Assembly (NCBI GenBank): GCA_965235115.1
Contig: OZ249436.1
Coordinates: 34,598,001 to 34,662,000 of the forward strand
Origin: Laetmonice hystrix
Lineage: Eukaryota
Direction: 5' to 3'
DNA: 64,000 nt
Made by a program: the position numbers and the translations under genes. This document shows, one piece after another, positions 59,827 to 64,000 of the stretch. Each line of letters begins with the position of its first letter. The first letter of the stretch is position 1. Under the pieces are notes generated by a model. It did not search any database and was not told where the DNA came from. It was given only the letters and a program-made list of their open reading frames with translations.

Positions 59827-62800
59827 ATGCACTACAGTCTTTGGAGAAATAATGTGATCAGGAATCGCCACACCTGGGTGATGGGGGTATCCTTTGTGCG
59901 GTCCGTCCTTCCACTGTGGATACTGTTCATACATATCACTTACGGTAAGTGGTTTTGCTGTCGGTGTATCTCACAATCGGAACATCATTTGGGTCCATGT
60001 AGCTGCTGAGATATAAGCTGAACCGTCACGGAAAGGCGATTTCAATTATTTTAAAACACCACAATATAAAAATGTCACATGATGCGTTCGGGGTACAGAT
60101 GTGACTTCATTTAAGCCTACTTACAATTTCCAAAGATGGGGGGCTGTCTCACAAAGGACACGCTCAAATCAGCCCCGCTCTAGTATTTTGAGGCCCAAAA
60201 CACAATTGGCCGGTTGCAAGCCTAGCCTAGATTTAAGGTTGGGTATGTTTGGTAGTCCTGTTTAATGGAATTTTTTTGTGGTTGTCCAGCGAAATAAGGG
60301 CCAGTCTCCAAAAATGAGAAAAGGCTAGAAAATTCTGACTTTCTGGGAACTGAAAATATGCGTAAATCCACAATCTCGAGACTAACTATGTCCTTGCAAC
60401 CGGCCAAATAGTTTGTAGATCCATGGAGATTTTGACAATGAATAATTTGAGAAAAGCTGTAGACAGTTTCAGGCCTGACAAAAACAAATTACCCCAGGTA
60501 GAACAATAAACATCCTTTCTCATTATGATATTAACAAAATGCCTTTCTACTTTCAGGCGAAGCCCAAGATGTAACGTTCCTGTTGAATGGAACAACATCC
60601 CCAGCCACCTTTCCACAGCAGCTGGGCGAATATCCCCACGATTGTGTCGGCAATGTGAATCAATGTACCAACGGGTTCACCATTGGGTTATGGTTCATGC
60701 CCGAACCCGGGGTATCCACCATTCCAGAGCAGTACCTTCTTTCCAGTGGCGGTCAGTCGGAAATGTCTGAAGGGTATTACATCCGGCGTAACTACGGCCT
60801 GGAGTATGAGGTAGGAGTGGCCAAGAACACCACTCTCTGGTCGGTCAGTTTCGATCTTAGGGACAACCCGAGGCCGGACAACAAAGTCCATGTGCTGTTC
60901 ACATGGATGCACCACACCACCGGTCAAGGATCAGGAGACACTGGACTCCACGTGTACATTGATGGGATCCTGGTAGGTTCAGACAGCGTCGGAACGACTC
61001 GTTTGTACACCGACCCCCAGTACGACACGTACCGGGAGATTTGGGCAGGGAAAGCGAACAACGACTTTGCAGGCCCGATGCCATCGGAGAAGGTCATGTA
61101 CGGCATCAAGCATTGGAGTAGCTTCACTGAAGAGACGGAAGCCCCAAACCATGTCGGTACGTATGCTAAATACTCTATCACACAGGTTTGAAAGCCCTGC
61201 ATGATCGACTTGGGCGATGTTCATCTTTTCACGCCATTATTCAGGATCTATGCAACCCACCAAATATTTGCTTGTTACCAATCTCTGATTTCGAAAAATG
61301 GGCCGAGCCTTCAAAGAACGAACGACACAGTGAAGCAAGGGCAGTCAGCATATCAACTTATATTCTACACATATTTTCAGAAACAGTTATATGCGACAAT
61401 ACGACAATTCAAAATAATAGAATGGTAAAAATTTCCAATACATGTATAATGGATGGTCTTCAGGGAGGGTTAATATACATTTTTTAGTGTTTATTTCTTA
61501 TTTATTGTCACAATAATATACACAAAAAATAGTGATCACATACTTCTGAACAATAACGCAGTGTAAGTGCTTATTTTAGTTTTTAAGGCACATGTCCACA
61601 TATTCGATTGTCCTTTCGACGTCCACGCGATTTTAATATCACCCTTTCATTTTACTGTGATTTTGAGACTAAAGAATGGGGCCCATTCCCAGAAACAGGG
61701 AAGGCCAGCCACGAAAAATTACAGAGTAAAATTCCACAATTAAGTCAAAAATCATATATGGCCGTTGTAAGGACAATCGCCTTCCTTCAATGAAACATCG
61801 CCTGCATGTGTAACCTTGATTTTTCTCTTCAATGGTATAACAAAGAGGATTTTTTTAAACTTTGACCACCACAATTCCGACTTTCTCATAATTTATCAAT
61901 GAACCCAACTTTCTTTTGAAAAGCCAAAGCTCACCCCCTTTACAAATTAGATGTACATTTTACTGTTATATTGATTAATATTACATTCCTCGGAAAAAGC
62001 TTTATTTTTCCTCCTATTGAACCCGCAAACTATAGATGACTTTTCTTCTGAGAGCGAGCTTGCACGCATGCATCTGTTGATAAATTGGCTTGTTGAGAGG
62101 CGCAATATGATCAGTCAGTATACAACAGGTGAGCTTCTCTCCATCATCTGCGTCACGCGAACATGGCGTCATCGGTACCATTGAGCTGAATAACTGATGG
62201 CGCTATGTGCACCTGCTACCTAGCAATGGTACAGGGTTTGCCAGGACATTGCGCAAGCAAATGGGTGGGGGAGGGGGCGGAGGGCTACAATAATAAGCCG
62301 AGTGGGCCTATAACCTTAGCCTTGTTTCTTGTGACTTGCGCAGGCACAACTTGAAAAGACGAAGGCTCTTGATAGAGACTCCAGTACTTCGGAAAGTTGT
62401 ATCTATAGGGTGTAAACATGCAGTTATCATCTGAGGGAGTGCAACCAAGCCCAGTCTTATAGGCTTCAATAGAAGGGCCCCTTGCGTTACAGCATGACAT
62501 GTACGCTTGTATAAGCGGAAGTGCTGTAAAAGAATATTCAAATGTTATCATTCCCTAGAACCTTGTAACGGATACTTAAATTAATATCCCACTATGCGGG
62601 AAATGTTTCTGTCTATTTAATACGGGAAGTAGATGTCAGTTTACACATCTTTTAAAAATGTGGATACATGTACATGTATATATGTTCATTCATCATAAAG
62701 TACAAGAAACTACGTGATGTCGAACTTTCCTCCCCCATGTACATAGTCCCAGTATAAAGTTGCTATAATATTGAATCCAGCCTAGATATTGCATACTGAG

Positions 62801-64000
62801 ACATCAAAGACACGTAAAACGATTCTAGTTAACTGCTGGGTATTTGAAAGTACATTACACATGTTACAGATGAGGACTTCCTTGAGGGGTGCGTCTCCCA
62901 GTTACCAGCAGAGGCAACGTCCACCCTTACAACTACAGCCGCGGTCCCGTGCAGGAAACACTGCTCAGGGACCAGCGCCATTGCCCTTCTTAGTGGCAGC
63001 GGATGTTCATGCTATGCCCCTTCCAATCTCCAAGTATATCTCGCCAGTCTGGAGTCCACCGGGCCCTGCAGTCAGTCATGGGGCGTCTATTACACGTCGG
63101 CAGGTCACGCGGCTCATCCTCATCCAATCAACCTCGACGTCACTGTCACGAATCCAACCACTAAAGGCTACACTCTCCCTCAAGAAACGGTCGTGTTCCA
63201 TTTCAACACCATCACACCGGAAATGGTGACCTTTCTCGTCAACTTTGATGACGGGTTAGCGGCGGAGACGCAGGACAATTCGACCAGCCACTACTGGCAT
63301 ACGGTTGGTACGTACAACGTCAACGTGACAGCGATCACGCGCAGGACCATGGACACAGAGATAGAAACAATTGAAATCACAATGGTTGACGAAGGAGTGA
63401 AACCGGAAGTGGACCTGCACAACAGTTTCTATGAAGCAGCACGTTCAGTGGCCGCGTGTCCAGTTGTGATCGGAGTCGGCCCTATCATGTGCACGGTATC
63501 CCTTGGAGACGGTACTGAAGACACGAGAAGTAACCTCAATCAGTTTGTCAACGAGTTCTGTATCAGTCACACGTTTGACACGGTGGGTCTCTATGACTTT
63601 ATTACAACCTGCCAAAACACGTACGGATCGACGAGTAAGACCAAAGTCATGCTTGCAGTGGACGACGTTGTGCATTTTGTGACGCAGCCTAAAAATGAAA
63701 GTGTGCTCATCCCTTACAAAGGATCCGTCATGAACACAGCGGATGTCAAAGTAGTCGTCAACGATAATGACATCAACTATTCCTTATTAACGTCTGGAAT
63801 TCTGGTTGAAAGCACAACCTTTCTCAATTCAGGCGAATATTTAATCAACATTAAGCATGTGGACACTGAACAGATTATAAGCTCACACTTATATAACTTG
63901 CAAAGTATCATAACGGGAGTGACACTGACAACGAATCTGATTCATTGCACTTTAAGTACAGAAATTAGTTTCGTCTTTGAAATTGTCTCTGGAGATCACA
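59827..64000 (+). CDS. Polycystin-1 (PKD1)-like large extracellular protein, 3'-partial; exons 59827-59944, 60557-61156, 62036-62128, 62870->64000
   Basis: Exon 1 encodes a signal-peptide-like segment (VLPLWILFIHITYGEA|Q). Exon 2 is LamG/ConA-like (GFTIGLWF...HVLFTW...GLHVYIDG). The last exon is an open frame to the window end (absent from the ORF track, having no stop). It has a WSC-like Cys pattern (FLEGC...CRKHC...CSC) and PKD-domain motifs (VNFDDG...SHYWHTVGTYNVNVTA; SLGDG...SHTFDTVGLY...CQNTYG). All three introns are phase 1, GT-AG. Confidence 0.75.

Noticed and set aside
1134..64000. Laccase, Nav2, HYKK and PKD1-like genes as a functional cluster
   Set aside because: No shared pathway or regulatory evidence is visible; adjacency alone is uninformative in an animal genome.

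Overview
This is eukaryotic (marine-invertebrate-like) genomic DNA with GT-AG introns; I see no prokaryotic features. Four spliced protein-coding genes can be assembled by hand with consistent exon phases. (1) The 3' part of a laccase-type multicopper oxidase with a C-terminal membrane anchor (+, 1134-5628). (2) A complete 24-coding-exon four-domain voltage-gated channel of the Nav2/DSC1 type (-, 8499-32588, about 2138 aa). It has a DEEA selectivity filter, an IFLT inactivation motif, a neutralised outer DIII S4 charge and a 10-aa N-terminal tandem repeat. (3) A 5-exon hydroxylysine kinase (HYKK/AGPHD1)-like gene (+, 53239-57890). (4) The 5' part of a polycystin-1-like gene (signal peptide, LamG-like, WSC-like and PKD domains; +, 59827 to window end). 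Introns and the roughly 20-kb Nav2-HYKK spacer are packed with nested non-autonomous DNA transposons: Kolobok-like and piggyBac-like (TTAA), Tc1/mariner-like (TA), CAG-ended elements with 5-bp TSDs, and a CATTCGGG family with 9-bp TSDs. The most unusual signal is TAGGCCTA, seen about 38 times by eye against roughly 1 expected. An 80-bp minisatellite shows this word arising as a GGCCTA insertion at a TA, which suggests a widespread transposon-footprint process. All coordinates were read by eye, no database searches were run, and I found no evidence that the four genes form one functional system.
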